DNA of 32,000 nt, taken from positions 1 to 32,000 of the forward strand of contig JBAZRV010000005.1 of assembly GCA_041662745.1 (NCBI GenBank), in the 5' to 3' direction. The notes under the pieces are model-generated. The model had not been told where the DNA came from and did not search any database. It saw only the letters and a list, made by a program, of their open reading frames with translations. This document shows positions 8,229-17,484 of the stretch, one piece after another. Every line of letters begins with the position of its first letter. Position 1 is the first letter of the stretch. Origin of the DNA: Patescibacteria group bacterium. GTDB taxonomy: Bacteria; Patescibacteriota; Patescibacteriia; 2-01-FULL-39-33. Both the position numbers and the translations under genes were made by a program.

Positions 8229-10043
8229 CTAAAAGGCCCGTCTTTTTAAAGCCACCCATAGAGAAACCAACGACACAACAATAATCCCAGCAATCGCAAC
8301 AATACTCCATGCCATATCTCCGATTACAGATGATGCGCCGGTATTCGGCAATTTCGGAACGGCAGCGGCAGCTACAACAACAGTCGCAATAGCATAATCT
8401 TTCGCTGTTAAACCATTAGCTTCGCCGATAGCTGTAGCCGTATTAACAGTCGTTTGCGTAAGTTTTGAAACGCAAGTAAAAGTCCAAATCTCATTATTTT
8501 CCAATAAATTATTGTTGTTCAAATCACCCGGATGTCCGATGACGCGGCCCGGCAACCCGGTACATTTATCATCAGCAACTGTGACATTGCTCAGCGGTTC
8601 CGTACCGGGATTAGTGATGGTATAAGTATACGTGACTGTTCCGCCGCCGGCACGAAGCGTCAACGGACTGGGAACTTTCACGATATGGATCAATGGAGGA
8701 ATAATCGGCTGGCCGACAACGACTGAAGCGCTGGCGATATCCGTAGCGCTAATGCCATTGGCCCAACCGGTCGCCACTACGGTATTGGTATGAGTAACTG
8801 AAAGCGTGCGGGAACAGGTATAGACCCAGGTCTCCGCCAAATCAAGCTTGGCATCATTATTTAAGTCTCCTGATATCAAATTTATCGGACCGCAGGAATC
8901 GCCGACCATTGTAATATTAGACACCGGAACAACGCCAATATTGCGAAGCGTGTAAGTATAAGTCACTGAACCGGGTCCGGCTGGCAAAGAGAGAGGATTG
9001 GCCGTTTTTACTATATCAATAAGGGGCGGCACGGGCGGAACAATTACCGGCGCGCCAATATCATTGTTAGTGACAATACAAAATTTATTATCACCACCAA
9101 TAAGGTTAAATTGGCCGTTAGCGTCGCAATCGCCGGAAAACACCCGAGTATAATTAGGATCGGCAGTTTCAGTTACAGTAAACGCGGCCGCAGGCGCCGT
9201 AAAACTGTTAGTTTCTCCGGATATGACTGATGTGCCATTAACAAATAAAGGGAAATCTGCTACGGTCTTGGTTCTACCGTTATCATTAACAACTGTCTTA
9301 ACGACATTGATTGTTCCCTGAGTCGGTAAACTTCCAGCTATCGGCGCTGCCACACAGGTCGGACCGGAAATAGTGCTATTAGCACCATTCATAGCAATAA
9401 AGGTTCCGGTAAGCGATATAAGTCGGCCATTAATTGTTGCTCCAGAAGCGGAAGTAATGTTGTTTTGGGCAATAAGCGTTCCGACAAAAGTACTATCGGA
9501 AGCTATGGTTGCATCTCTAACAACCTGGAAAAATACATTACAGGCTTGAGCATTGCCAGCTAAAACGATTGAGCCGGAAAAGGTAAAATCCCTTCCGATT
9601 TGGAAAACCCAAACATCACTATAATCCCCATCTAAAGTAAGAGTACCGGAGAAAGTCTGATCAGAAGCTATAGTCCAAACGCCAGGCGCCGGACTGTTGC
9701 TGGCCCAAACTCCGCTGGTAGTCTGGCTGGCCAAATTATTAAAGGCGGCCAAAGCGGCAATCTGTGCAGAGGCAGATAACCCGCCAGTGCCGAAATAATC
9801 AGCACCGCCGGTATGAGTCCAAGTTCCAGTTTTTGAAGCCGCCAATCCCGGACTAAGACCTAAATCGCCTGAAATCGTGGTGATGTTAGCTGAGCTCATG
9901 GCTGCAGCGCCCAAGACCGAAAAGCTGGCTGCATCACCCAGCGACGGAGCAGTGGCTGTCGCCGCGGACACAGAAATTGGCCCGACCAAACCAAATGAAA
10001 TGATAGCAGTTAAAATAACTGCTGAGATATTAAATTTTTTCAT
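8229..10043 (-). CDS. Secreted ice-binding-like (DUF3494-type) protein with two DUF11-like repeats and LPNTG sorting signal
   Basis: Signal peptide; LGDAASFSVLGAAAMSSANITTISGDLGLSPG, WVFQIGRDFTFSG, NVFFQVVRDATI; two repeats (VTYTYTLRNIG.., VTYTYTITNPG..); C-terminal LPNTG, hydrophobic helix, KRR. Confidence 0.85.
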   Translation of the reverse strand: MKKFNISAVILTAIISFGLVGPISVSAATATAPSLGDAASFSVLGAAAMSSANITTISGDLGLSPGLAASKTGTWTHTGGADYFGTGGLSASAQIAALAAFNNLASQTTSGVWASNSPAPGVWTIASDQTFSGTLTLDGDYSDVWVFQIGRDFTFSGSIVLAGNAQACNVFFQVVRDATIASDSTFVGTLIAQNNITSASGATINGRLISLTGTFIAMNGANSTISGPTCVAAPIAGSLPTQGTINVVKTVVNDNGRTKTVADFPLFVNGTSVISGETNSFTAPAAAFTVTETADPNYTRVFSGDCDANGQFNLIGGDNKFCIVTNNDIGAPVIVPPVPPLIDIVKTANPLSLPAGPGSVTYTYTLRNIGVVPVSNITMVGDSCGPINLISGDLNNDAKLDLAETWVYTCSRTLSVTHTNTVVATGWANGISATDIASASVVVGQPIIPPLIHIVKVPSPLTLRAGGGTVTYTYTITNPGTEPLSNVTVADDKCTGLPGRVIGHPGDLNNNNLLENNEIWTFTCVSKLTQTTVNTATAIGEANGLTAKDYAIATVVVAAAAVPKLPNTGASSVIGDMAWSIVAIAGIIVVSLVSLWVALKRRAF

Positions 10044-10213
10044 TGTTGATTACTTAATTATTAAAAGAACTTAGCTCGCGTATATTTTAAACCTCCTTCA
10101 TAATAATTATTATACCACTTTTTTTACTTTATTCATAACTCAATACCCCCCTGTGGATAAGTGAAAATAATTATACTACGAAACGTTTCTAAATATTGCT
10201 ATCAATAGATCAG

Positions 10214-10350
10214 TTACCGTAAATTTACATAAAAAATACTTCCCTCACCCTCTTTTGATTCAAACCAAACTTTCCCGCCCAACTTATCAACTAACGATTT
10301 CAAAAGATAAAGGCCTAAACCCGTTCCAAGCGGCTCTTTCTCAATGACTG
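10214..10350 (-). pseudogene. C-terminal remnant of a sensor histidine kinase
   Basis: Minus-strand translation ...EKEPLGTGLGLYLLKSLVDKLGGKVWFESKEGEGSIFYVNLR* matches the G2-box end of HATPase_c; no upstream kinase sequence is present. Confidence 0.7.
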
Positions 10351-10399
10351 GAGGGTTTGGGGGGTAATTTTTGCCCTACGCCTCGCCACATCATACTGT

Positions 10400-10888
10400 T
10401 TATTTTAAATAACTGTCAAAATAAATCGCATGACAGGTATAACCGCCGGGATTTTTCTGTAAATAATCCTGATGATAGTCTTCGGCGAGATAAAACTTGG
10501 TAAGCGGTTCTAATGCGGTAACAACCTGATTTTTCCAACGCTGGGATTTGTTTACAATATCTATGAAATTTTCAGCCTCCCTCCTCTCGTCATCATTGCC
10601 ATAAAAAATCGCCGAGCGATAAGAAGTGCCGACATCATTGCCTTGTTGATTGAGGGTAGTTGGATCGTGAATTTGGAAAAAAAAGTCCAATAATTTTTTA
10701 TAAGAAGTTTTATTTTCATCGTATTCAATCTCCACTGCCTCAGCATGACCGTCATGATTTTCATAGGTCGGATTAGCAATCTTGCCGCCGGCATATCCGA
10801 CTTGGGTATTTATCACTCCGGGCTGTTTTCTAATCAGTTCCTCCAAACCCCAAAAACACCCTCCGGCTAAGACTATTTTTTTAGCCAT
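10400..10888 (-). CDS. msrA: Peptide methionine sulfoxide reductase MsrA
   Basis: [20 protein letters not shown]...GYAGG...[10 protein letters not shown]...[23 protein letters not shown]. Confidence 0.96.
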   Translation of the reverse strand: MAKKIVLAGGCFWGLEELIRKQPGVINTQVGYAGGKIANPTYENHDGHAEAVEIEYDENKTSYKKLLDFFFQIHDPTTLNQQGNDVGTSYRSAIFYGNDDERREAENFIDIVNKSQRWKNQVVTALEPLTKFYLAEDYHQDYLQKNPGGYTCHAIYFDSYLK

Positions 10889-10892
10889 ATAA

Positions 10893-11249
10893 TTAATCTT
10901 TTGGAATGAATTTCATGGAAATGGAATTAACGCAATATCTTTTGTCTTTCTCTGTTAATTTTTCACCTATAAACAAATGGCCCAAATGCGCTCCGCACTT
11001 GGCGCAAGTTATTTCCGTACGCCGTCCATCAGCATCAAGGCTCTTATAAACGGCGCCCGGTATTTCATCGTCAAAACTCGGCCAACCGCAATCGGATTCA
11101 AATTTATCTTTAGAATCATACAGCGGCGCTCCGCATTGCCGGCAAACGTACACGCCGGTTTCTTTATTATTCACATATTCGCCCGAAAACGGCGCTTCCG
11201 TACCCTTATCGATTATCACTCTTTTTTCTTCAGGCGTTAGTTCGTTCAT
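10893..11249 (-). CDS. msrB: Peptide methionine sulfoxide reductase MsrB
   Basis: [57 protein letters not shown]. Confidence 0.95.
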   Translation of the reverse strand: MNELTPEEKRVIIDKGTEAPFSGEYVNNKETGVYVCRQCGAPLYDSKDKFESDCGWPSFDDEIPGAVYKSLDADGRRTEITCAKCGAHLGHLFIGEKLTEKDKRYCVNSISMKFIPKD

Positions 11250-11254
11250 ATTAT

Positions 11255-12193
11255 TTATTGCGAGAATTTAGAACCGTTAAGATCTCCGTTATTATTATAA
11301 CCGCGGCTTTCCCAAAATCCCTTGTAATCAGTGTCGCTTGATAATTCAATTTTAGTGATCCATTTTATCCATTTATAGCCCCATTTTTGTTCGGCCGCCA
11401 ATTGGAAAGGAAATCCCCTTTCCGGCGGCAAAACAACGCCATTAAGCTTATCGGCCATGATGATATTATTCTGCATGACATATTCCAGGGGAAAGGAAGT
11501 GGAATAGCCGTCAGCCGCATAAAAAATTATGGTTTTGGCTTCCGGTTTGATTGCCGTATCTTTCAATAAATCCCTTACTAATACTCCTTCCCATAAAGCC
11601 TTAACGCTCCAGCCCTCCACGCAATTCAACTGAATAACTTTTTGATATATTGGAAGTTTCAATATGTCGTCATATTTATATGACATCGGCGTTTCAATCA
11701 AGCCGGAGATTTCCAGCCGATAGCTATCCTTATCAACTTGCTGGGGACCTTTGATGGAATTCTCGCGAAAATCATTAATTGATCCCAATTTCTCGCCCCG
11801 ATACTCCGTTATCTCTACGCCGGAAAGCGTGATCGGTTTGCTTTTTCCGAAGTAATTGCCATTAAAATATGCAACAACGCCGGCTAAAATAATAATACCG
11901 ACGGCAACCGCAGTTATGATGTAAATAATATTAGCATTTCCTTTGGTCGATTTAAATTTGCCGACGATAGCTTCTTTTAATTCCCGCCTTTTCAAAATCA
12001 AATGGATAAGGATCAATAAAAATAAAATGATTCCGCTCCAGTCGTGGATCATTGAAATTTTCGAGGCCGGCAAAAAATCATACGCCAAAAGAAAATATCT
12101 TTGCCATTCGGGGAATTTAATTATTCCCGTTCCCGCCAAGAGAATAAAATCCAGAAACATAGCAATGATAATAAAGCGTTTAAATGCAGTCAT
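11255..12193 (-). CDS. Membrane-anchored molybdopterin (sulfite-oxidase-fold) oxidoreductase with cytochrome b-like N-terminal domain
   Basis: N-terminal three TM helices with [21 protein letters not shown], then [57 protein letters not shown]. Confidence 0.82.
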   Translation of the reverse strand: MTAFKRFIIIAMFLDFILLAGTGIIKFPEWQRYFLLAYDFLPASKISMIHDWSGIILFLLILIHLILKRRELKEAIVGKFKSTKGNANIIYIITAVAVGIIILAGVVAYFNGNYFGKSKPITLSGVEITEYRGEKLGSINDFRENSIKGPQQVDKDSYRLEISGLIETPMSYKYDDILKLPIYQKVIQLNCVEGWSVKALWEGVLVRDLLKDTAIKPEAKTIIFYAADGYSTSFPLEYVMQNNIIMADKLNGVVLPPERGFPFQLAAEQKWGYKWIKWITKIELSSDTDYKGFWESRGYNNNGDLNGSKFSQ

Positions 12194-12265
12194 ATTATTG
12201 GCTTTATTATACCACAACCAAGCATAAAAATCTAAAATATAATAAGGTTTTCAATTTTTAAAATA

Positions 12266-12334
12266 GAACGACCGGCATTCATGGCGAATACCGGTCGTTT
12301 GGAAAACAAATTCAAAGCTCAGCGGACTGGATTT
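12266..12334. repeat. Dispersed hairpin repeat plus tRNA-Asn 3'-end fragment (copy A)
   Basis: 12270-12333 matches 27487-27550 at 60/64 positions; includes TCAGCGGACTGGATT, the 3' end of tRNA-Asn in reverse complement. Confidence 0.85.
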
Positions 12335-12420
12335 CCGTCTCATCTTTTCTTCCGAAAAGATTGCGGTGTCGCGGTCAGAGCTGAATGCTCCCAGGGTCGC
12401 ATCCAGCTACGCTCAACTGC

Positions 12421-12537
12421 GTTTTATTTTGACAGAATTCAAAATAAAACTTGTTTCGTTCCTGCCCTGTTCGAATCCAACTAAACTGAAAATAGTTTAA
12501 AATAAAACAGGGCATAAAGCCCCGTTTTATTTTAAAC
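12421..12537. repeat. Two AT-rich hairpins sharing the same arm sequence
   Basis: GTTTTATTTTG(12421-12431)/CAAAATAAAAC(12440-12450) and GTTTAAAATAAAAC(12495-12508)/GTTTTATTTTAAAC(12524-12537) enclosing GGGC/GCCC. Confidence 0.7.
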
Positions 12538-12702
12538 AAGTCCAAAGCTCCACGCTACGGTCTGGAACCATTTTTACCAAGGGTTCTTGGGGTCTTTATG
12601 AGCGTTTTCTACCGGGAATCGGTCGGGGTAAAATGCGACAAATGCGACAGTACTTTATGCTGGTTTTATTGGACAAAATGAAGATTTGATAGTCCAATAT
12701 TA

Positions 12703-13251
12703 CTATACATTAAAATTATACCCAACGGGAGGATTATCTAATAATTCTTTGTACTCATTATTATGTCTATCTATTTCCCCTCTATCTACGGAATAGATAT
12801 TTCCAAGCGTGTCTAAAATATATATATAATCACAATTAACAAGGTTAACATCAATTAATTTCTGGGTATAAATAAAACCCTCCTCATTTAATCGTACGGG
12901 AGCATCGGATAATGGCGTATTAATTTTTATTTGACCAAAACGTCCATATATTAGTCTGCTTGCAAATATTCCATCCTTGCCAGTTTTTATTATGTTTATA
13001 AAAGAAACAACTTTATTTTTTGAAATTATATCAAAACCCAATCGTAATTTTAAATTCGCTTTTTGTCTTGAATAATCATACAACTTCCAATAAGCATTTA
13101 TAAATAAGCCACCAATTGAAAAAACAAATGCGGCGATAGAAAGTATTAATGCCATTGGAATATCCAAATATATATTAATCAAAAAAATCAGAAGCAATAC
13201 TATTGTTATACTTAACAATATTAACAATATTGGCAATCGAAATTTATCCAT
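12703..13251 (-). CDS. Hypothetical membrane protein (third gene of AlbA_2 operon)
   Basis: 182 aa; two N-terminal hydrophobic helices then a soluble domain; 3-nt gap to the preceding gene. Confidence 0.7.
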   Translation of the reverse strand: MDKFRLPILLILLSITIVLLLIFLINIYLDIPMALILSIAAFVFSIGGLFINAYWKLYDYSRQKANLKLRLGFDIISKNKVVSFINIIKTGKDGIFASRLIYGRFGQIKINTPLSDAPVRLNEEGFIYTQKLIDVNLVNCDYIYILDTLGNIYSVDRGEIDRHNNEYKELLDNPPVGYNFNV

Positions 13252-13254
13252 ATT

Positions 13255-13977
13255 TTATAATCTTCTTTCCAAAAATTTTTTCTGATCTTCGACAAAAATC
13301 TTTTTATCTACATTATCCCAATCAAATTTCTTAAAAATTTCAATGGTTGTATCAAGAGCAATCTCATTTGTCAAATTACAAATTTGATCCCGCGAATATA
13401 CTTTTTTAATCAGAATTTTATCCTCCTTAAATTTACATATATATGCTCGGTTTGTTTCTCTTAAAAATATATCCCAAAAAAATAACATTCTGTTATTGAC
13501 TCCCACTAATTCAATAATAATTTCCAGTGAGTCAATATTTTCTATATTAGTTAATAATCTTTTAGAGAATTCCAAAATTTCTGTTATAGAATAAAGTGCT
13601 CCAATAATACTTAAAAATTTATCAACTTTTACCCCGTATTCGTCTTGATATTCCTTCACTTTTTGCGGGGATAATCTCAGATCTTCCCTCATGGAAAAAT
13701 AATGTACAAATTGTCCGGTATTATAAAATCTCCAATATTCATAAACTGGCCCCTCAGGCCAATCACAAAATGAGTCAACGCTGTTATTACTACTAGATAT
13801 AATACCGGTTTGACGATCTACGTGCGGGTAATCCCATCCCCGCAACGATACTCTACTTTTTTCAATAATTTTTTTACAATCAGATAGAGATTCAATTAAT
13901 TTATCATCATATTTATTTGGTCTAATAATAACCCTCCAATATCCCTTTAATTTAATTTTGTCTAATAATTCACTCAT
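13255..13977 (-). CDS. Uncharacterised protein (second gene of AlbA_2 operon)
   Basis: 240 aa; starts inside the stop of the upstream gene (ATGA overlap 13974-13977); GYWRVIIRPNKYDDKLI...SRVSLRGWDYPHVDR. Confidence 0.75.
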   Translation of the reverse strand: MSELLDKIKLKGYWRVIIRPNKYDDKLIESLSDCKKIIEKSRVSLRGWDYPHVDRQTGIISSSNNSVDSFCDWPEGPVYEYWRFYNTGQFVHYFSMREDLRLSPQKVKEYQDEYGVKVDKFLSIIGALYSITEILEFSKRLLTNIENIDSLEIIIELVGVNNRMLFFWDIFLRETNRAYICKFKEDKILIKKVYSRDQICNLTNEIALDTTIEIFKKFDWDNVDKKIFVEDQKKFLERRL

Positions 13978-14618
13978 AAATTATCTTTTATTAAATCAGT
14001 ATTAAATTTATCTGAATCTGTTTCAGTGTCCACATTTAATAAGTTAACACAAGGGAGTTTTTTTAATATATCTTCTTTTTTCTTTTGAACCATCCGATCT
14101 AATAATTCGCGCCACTCATGAATACTGGATATTTCCCTAGACTCAATCGGGGCTTTCGATCTGATATATATCGCATTCTTTCTTAACGCAATATTTTCAT
14201 AATGATTGCCCCCTTGCTTTTTAAACAGAGCAAAATCTGTACATACAGTGGGTTCAATTGATTCATGAATCTGTAAAATGATAAAGTTTTTAGATTCATC
14301 ATCAATTATTAAATTATCAGAAAAAATAGTAAACTCAATAATTGGGTCACAAAATCTTTTTATGAACCTCGCGATATCATCATAATTAAAAGATTGAAAA
14401 TCGCTATCAGTCATACCCGATAAACTAACGCTTCGGTCTTTTTCTTCTTTGACACCCAAAACAATCACGCCACCCTGATCATTATTAGCCATAGCCAACA
14501 TAGCTTTTAAAACGTTTATTTTCGTTTCGTAAGCATTCCAATTCAGTGATCCTTTATATTCAATGCTTTGTTCCTCATGACGACGTATTATGTAATTCGA
14601 AAATTCTTCATTAAACAT
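13974..14618 (-). CDS. AlbA_2/Schlafen-like DNA-binding domain protein
   Basis: EEQSIEYKGSLN...LKAMLAMANNDQGGVIVLGVKEE...FIKRFCDPIIEF pattern of AlbA_2 domains. Confidence 0.8.
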   Translation of the reverse strand: MFNEEFSNYIIRRHEEQSIEYKGSLNWNAYETKINVLKAMLAMANNDQGGVIVLGVKEEKDRSVSLSGMTDSDFQSFNYDDIARFIKRFCDPIIEFTIFSDNLIIDDESKNFIILQIHESIEPTVCTDFALFKKQGGNHYENIALRKNAIYIRSKAPIESREISSIHEWRELLDRMVQKKKEDILKKLPCVNLLNVDTETDSDKFNTDLIKDNL

Positions 14619-14841
14619 CTGATTAATAAATTATTATTTTAATTAAACTTACATTATCACTCTACACCCAAATTGTTATCGAATCAAGATGATTGAACAG
14701 TATTTTCCTATTGCTAACCTCGCAAAAAATATTCAAAAAACCCAGCAAAAAAGCCCTTTTGACAGCCATATAACAAAAGAGTATATTGAAAATAGGCCAG
14801 TCATAATTCAACCAATAACAAAACCCCCCGAAAAAATTTAC

Positions 14842-14870
14842 TTGACAAATTGGTTTTTTAGGAGTATAGT
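14842..14870 (+). promoter_or_regulatory. Sigma70-type promoter
   Basis: TTGACA (14842-14847), 17-nt spacer, TATAGT (14865-14870). Confidence 0.8.
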
Positions 14871-14876
14871 GACGAA

Positions 14877-15114
14877 AGGATGAGGTGAAAACCACCGCCG
14901 AAAAATGCTATTTCAACAATTCATTAAAATGCCACCCTTAATCGGGCAACGCAAGCTCCCTTCATAGAGCCTCTAGAGTTTTAATGCGCATAGCGGTAAT
15001 ATTTCTAAACCGCAAACCGGAGTAATCCTCTGGTTGGTCTCAATAACATATAGTGAGAGGCCCAGAAGCAGAATTTAACCATGAAAATGGTAAAGTTTTG
15101 CGTCTGGGCCTCTC
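14877..15114 (+). ncRNA. Untranslated leader or small RNA ending in a strong terminator
   Basis: No convincing ORF between the promoter and the 12-bp perfect stem GAGAGGCCCAGA(15055-15066)/TCTGGGCCTCTC(15103-15114) followed by TTTTATTTTT. Confidence 0.55.
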
Positions 15115-15153
15115 TTTTATTTTTCAAATTTTTAACAAATTAACAATAAATCT

Positions 15154-15522
15154 ATGTCAAAGACAAAATTTATCAGCACGATCGACTCCGATAATATCGA
15201 AGTCATCGATCGCGTTCAAAAAGTGGCTGAATTCATCGAATTCGTCAATTGGTCAGCCACTCCGAGCCGATTTCGGCAGCCTAAAAACCAGAAGGATTTA
15301 GCTGCCGAAATCGGAGTGAGTATCGATTCGCTTACTGACTGGAAAAAACATCCGAGCTTCTGGCCGCTAATGCAAATTGCCTTGCGGAAATGGTGCCAAG
15401 ATCAAATCCCCGACATTGTCGGCGGATTATACAGCAATGCCTGCGGCAAAGGCAAAGCGGGCGATGTCAAGATGTTCCTGCAATTAGCGGGGCTGATTGA
15501 GAATAATAAAACTAATAAATAA
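15154..15522 (+). CDS. Phage-type HTH protein, phBC6A51 / small-terminase-like
   Basis: QPKNQKDLAAEIGVSIDSLTDWKKHPSFW...LYSNACGKGKAGDVKMFLQLAGLIE. Confidence 0.65.
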   Translation: MSKTKFISTIDSDNIEVIDRVQKVAEFIEFVNWSATPSRFRQPKNQKDLAAEIGVSIDSLTDWKKHPSFWPLMQIALRKWCQDQIPDIVGGLYSNACGKGKAGDVKMFLQLAGLIENNKTNK

Positions 15523-15530
15523 CGAAAAAT

Positions 15531-16880
15531 ATGAATGAAAATTCAAACCAAGCCCCAACGGGCTTAAAAATCGTGGAAGTTCCGATCACTGAGCTTCATG
15601 CTTCCGAGTATAACGCTCGGAAGCATTCCAAAGAACAGGCTAATCAGCTCAGGGAGTCGATTGAGCGATTCGGGTTAGTCGATCCGATTATCTGCAATAA
15701 TGCTCCAGAAAGGCAAAATATCGTCATTGGAGGCCACTTCAGGCTTGAGGTAGCCAAAGATCTCGGCTATGCCGAAGTTCCAGTCGTCTACGTTAATATC
15801 CCCAACATTGAGAAGGAAAAGGAATTGAATTTGCGTTTAAACAAGAACACCGGCGAATTCGATTTGGATCTGCTCGCTCAATTCGATGAATCCTTTCTGG
15901 CTGACATCGGGTTTGATAGCGAGGAATTGGATCAAATCTTCCCGACTGAAGAAAATATTGAAATGTTCGATTTGAAGAAAGAACTGGACAAATTAGGCAT
16001 TGGCGAGATTAAAGTCCAGAAAGGCGATATTTATGAGCTGAACGGTTCGAGGCTAATGTGCGGAGATTCCACTCTAGAAGCCGATGTGCTTGCGCTAATG
16101 GGCGATGAAAAAGCCACGATGTGCCTCACAGATCCGCCGTATATTTTAGATTATTTGAAAGGCAAGACAAAAAATCAAGATGGCATTACCGAAGGCTTTG
16201 GCGCTAAGAAAAATCGAGTGTATATCGGAACCGAGGTCTTGCCCGATAATTTCACGGAATTATGGATGAATAACGTCGCAAAAATTCAAAAGCCTGATTT
16301 TTCCATTATCGTTTTTGAGAATCCCAAAAACCTCAGGATAATCTGGAATGAACTCGAGAAGCACTGGAAATACCGCAATACGATTGTCTGGCATCTGCCG
16401 AACCGAGTCCAGGGATTTTCTTCCAAGTACAAGTTTTTCAATAAATCAGACATTGCTTTAGTCGGCACTGGCGGTGAAGTGGAATTGAATTTAGAAGACG
16501 AAACAGAGGAATTGTTCCAGCAGGAATACGAGAATGCCATCTATGCGACCTCAGGCAAGCCTCATTGGGAATCTTACGAAGCTGGCAAGAAAATCTGTCC
16601 GACTGATTTCATTGAGTTTAAAGCGGCTGATGAGAAGTCCTCTGGGCAAGGCATCATCTTCGGCACCAAGCCGATTGAGATCCTTATTCCCTACATCAAA
16701 GTTTTGACCAAACGAGGTGATTTGATTGTTGAAGTCTATGGTGGAAGCGGCAGTACCCTTATCGCGGCCATTAAGATGAACCGTCGCTGTTACCTGATGG
16801 AGAAACAGCCGATTTATGCCGAGGTCATCTTGAACCGCTGGGAAAGAGAAACTGGCAAGAAGCCAGTGAAGATTAACTAG
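15531..16880 (+). CDS. ParB-like nuclease domain plus DNA adenine/cytosine-N4 methyltransferase
   Basis: ELHASEYNARKHSKEQANQLRESIERFGLVDPIICN...GGHFRLEVAKDLGY (ParB); LTDPPYILDY and VYGGSGSTLIAAIKMNRRCYLME (MTase). Confidence 0.92.
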   Translation: MNENSNQAPTGLKIVEVPITELHASEYNARKHSKEQANQLRESIERFGLVDPIICNNAPERQNIVIGGHFRLEVAKDLGYAEVPVVYVNIPNIEKEKELNLRLNKNTGEFDLDLLAQFDESFLADIGFDSEELDQIFPTEENIEMFDLKKELDKLGIGEIKVQKGDIYELNGSRLMCGDSTLEADVLALMGDEKATMCLTDPPYILDYLKGKTKNQDGITEGFGAKKNRVYIGTEVLPDNFTELWMNNVAKIQKPDFSIIVFENPKNLRIIWNELEKHWKYRNTIVWHLPNRVQGFSSKYKFFNKSDIALVGTGGEVELNLEDETEELFQQEYENAIYATSGKPHWESYEAGKKICPTDFIEFKAADEKSSGQGIIFGTKPIEILIPYIKVLTKRGDLIVEVYGGSGSTLIAAIKMNRRCYLMEKQPIYAEVILNRWERETGKKPVKIN

Positions 16881-16896
16881 CACCTTTGTTAAACGT

Positions 16897-17481
16897 ATGA
16901 TTAAGAGTCCCACCAAAAAAAAGTTGCTCGCTGAATTGGAAAAAAACGGCAATGTCACCATTGCCTGTTTAAAGTCCGGAGTCAACCGAGCGACTTTCTA
17001 CCGGTGGAAGCAAGAGAGTAATGAGTTCAAGGAGAGAGCGGAACAAGCTGAACTATCCGGACGAGAAAATAACTGCGATATTGCCGAACAATCTTTGATG
17101 TTGAAAATCAAAGATAAAGATTTAGGAGCGATTAAATACCTGTTAAGCCATAACTCTCCAAGATATAAAGGCAAGGAAACTAGCATGGCGGTGATTATCC
17201 ACAAGAAGGAAATGCCTGAATCAGAATTTATTAGCATAGAGCAACCTGAAGTATATAATAGAGTTTGTCATGAATATGCAATTGAGCTTCAAGAAAAATA
17301 TAAGTATTTGGGAGAAAAATTACCAAACAAACCCAATGGATTACCGATAGAACTTGATGAACTGCCTCTTTATGAAACATACATTGAAGATTGGAAAGAA
17401 GAAAGAAGAAAGGAAAGGGTCGCAGCAGGACTGGAGCATGAACGACAGGTTATGCCATGGATCGCGCAGAAGGAAGATTAA
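16897..17481 (+). CDS. Phage terminase small-subunit-like / HTH protein
   Basis: LAELEKNGNVTIACLKSGVNRATFYRWKQESNEFKE...LKIKDKDLGAIKYLLSHNSPRYKGK. Confidence 0.6.
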   Translation: MIKSPTKKKLLAELEKNGNVTIACLKSGVNRATFYRWKQESNEFKERAEQAELSGRENNCDIAEQSLMLKIKDKDLGAIKYLLSHNSPRYKGKETSMAVIIHKKEMPESEFISIEQPEVYNRVCHEYAIELQEKYKYLGEKLPNKPNGLPIELDELPLYETYIEDWKEERRKERVAAGLEHERQVMPWIAQKED

Positions 17482-17484
17482 TGA

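Noticed and set aside
14662-15301. ORFs 14662..14895 -, 14689..14883 + and 15053..15301 +
   Set aside because: They overlap the promoter and terminator structure and each other, lack ribosome-binding sites, and have no coherent motif; the ORF at 15053 runs through the terminator hairpin into the real gene in another frame.
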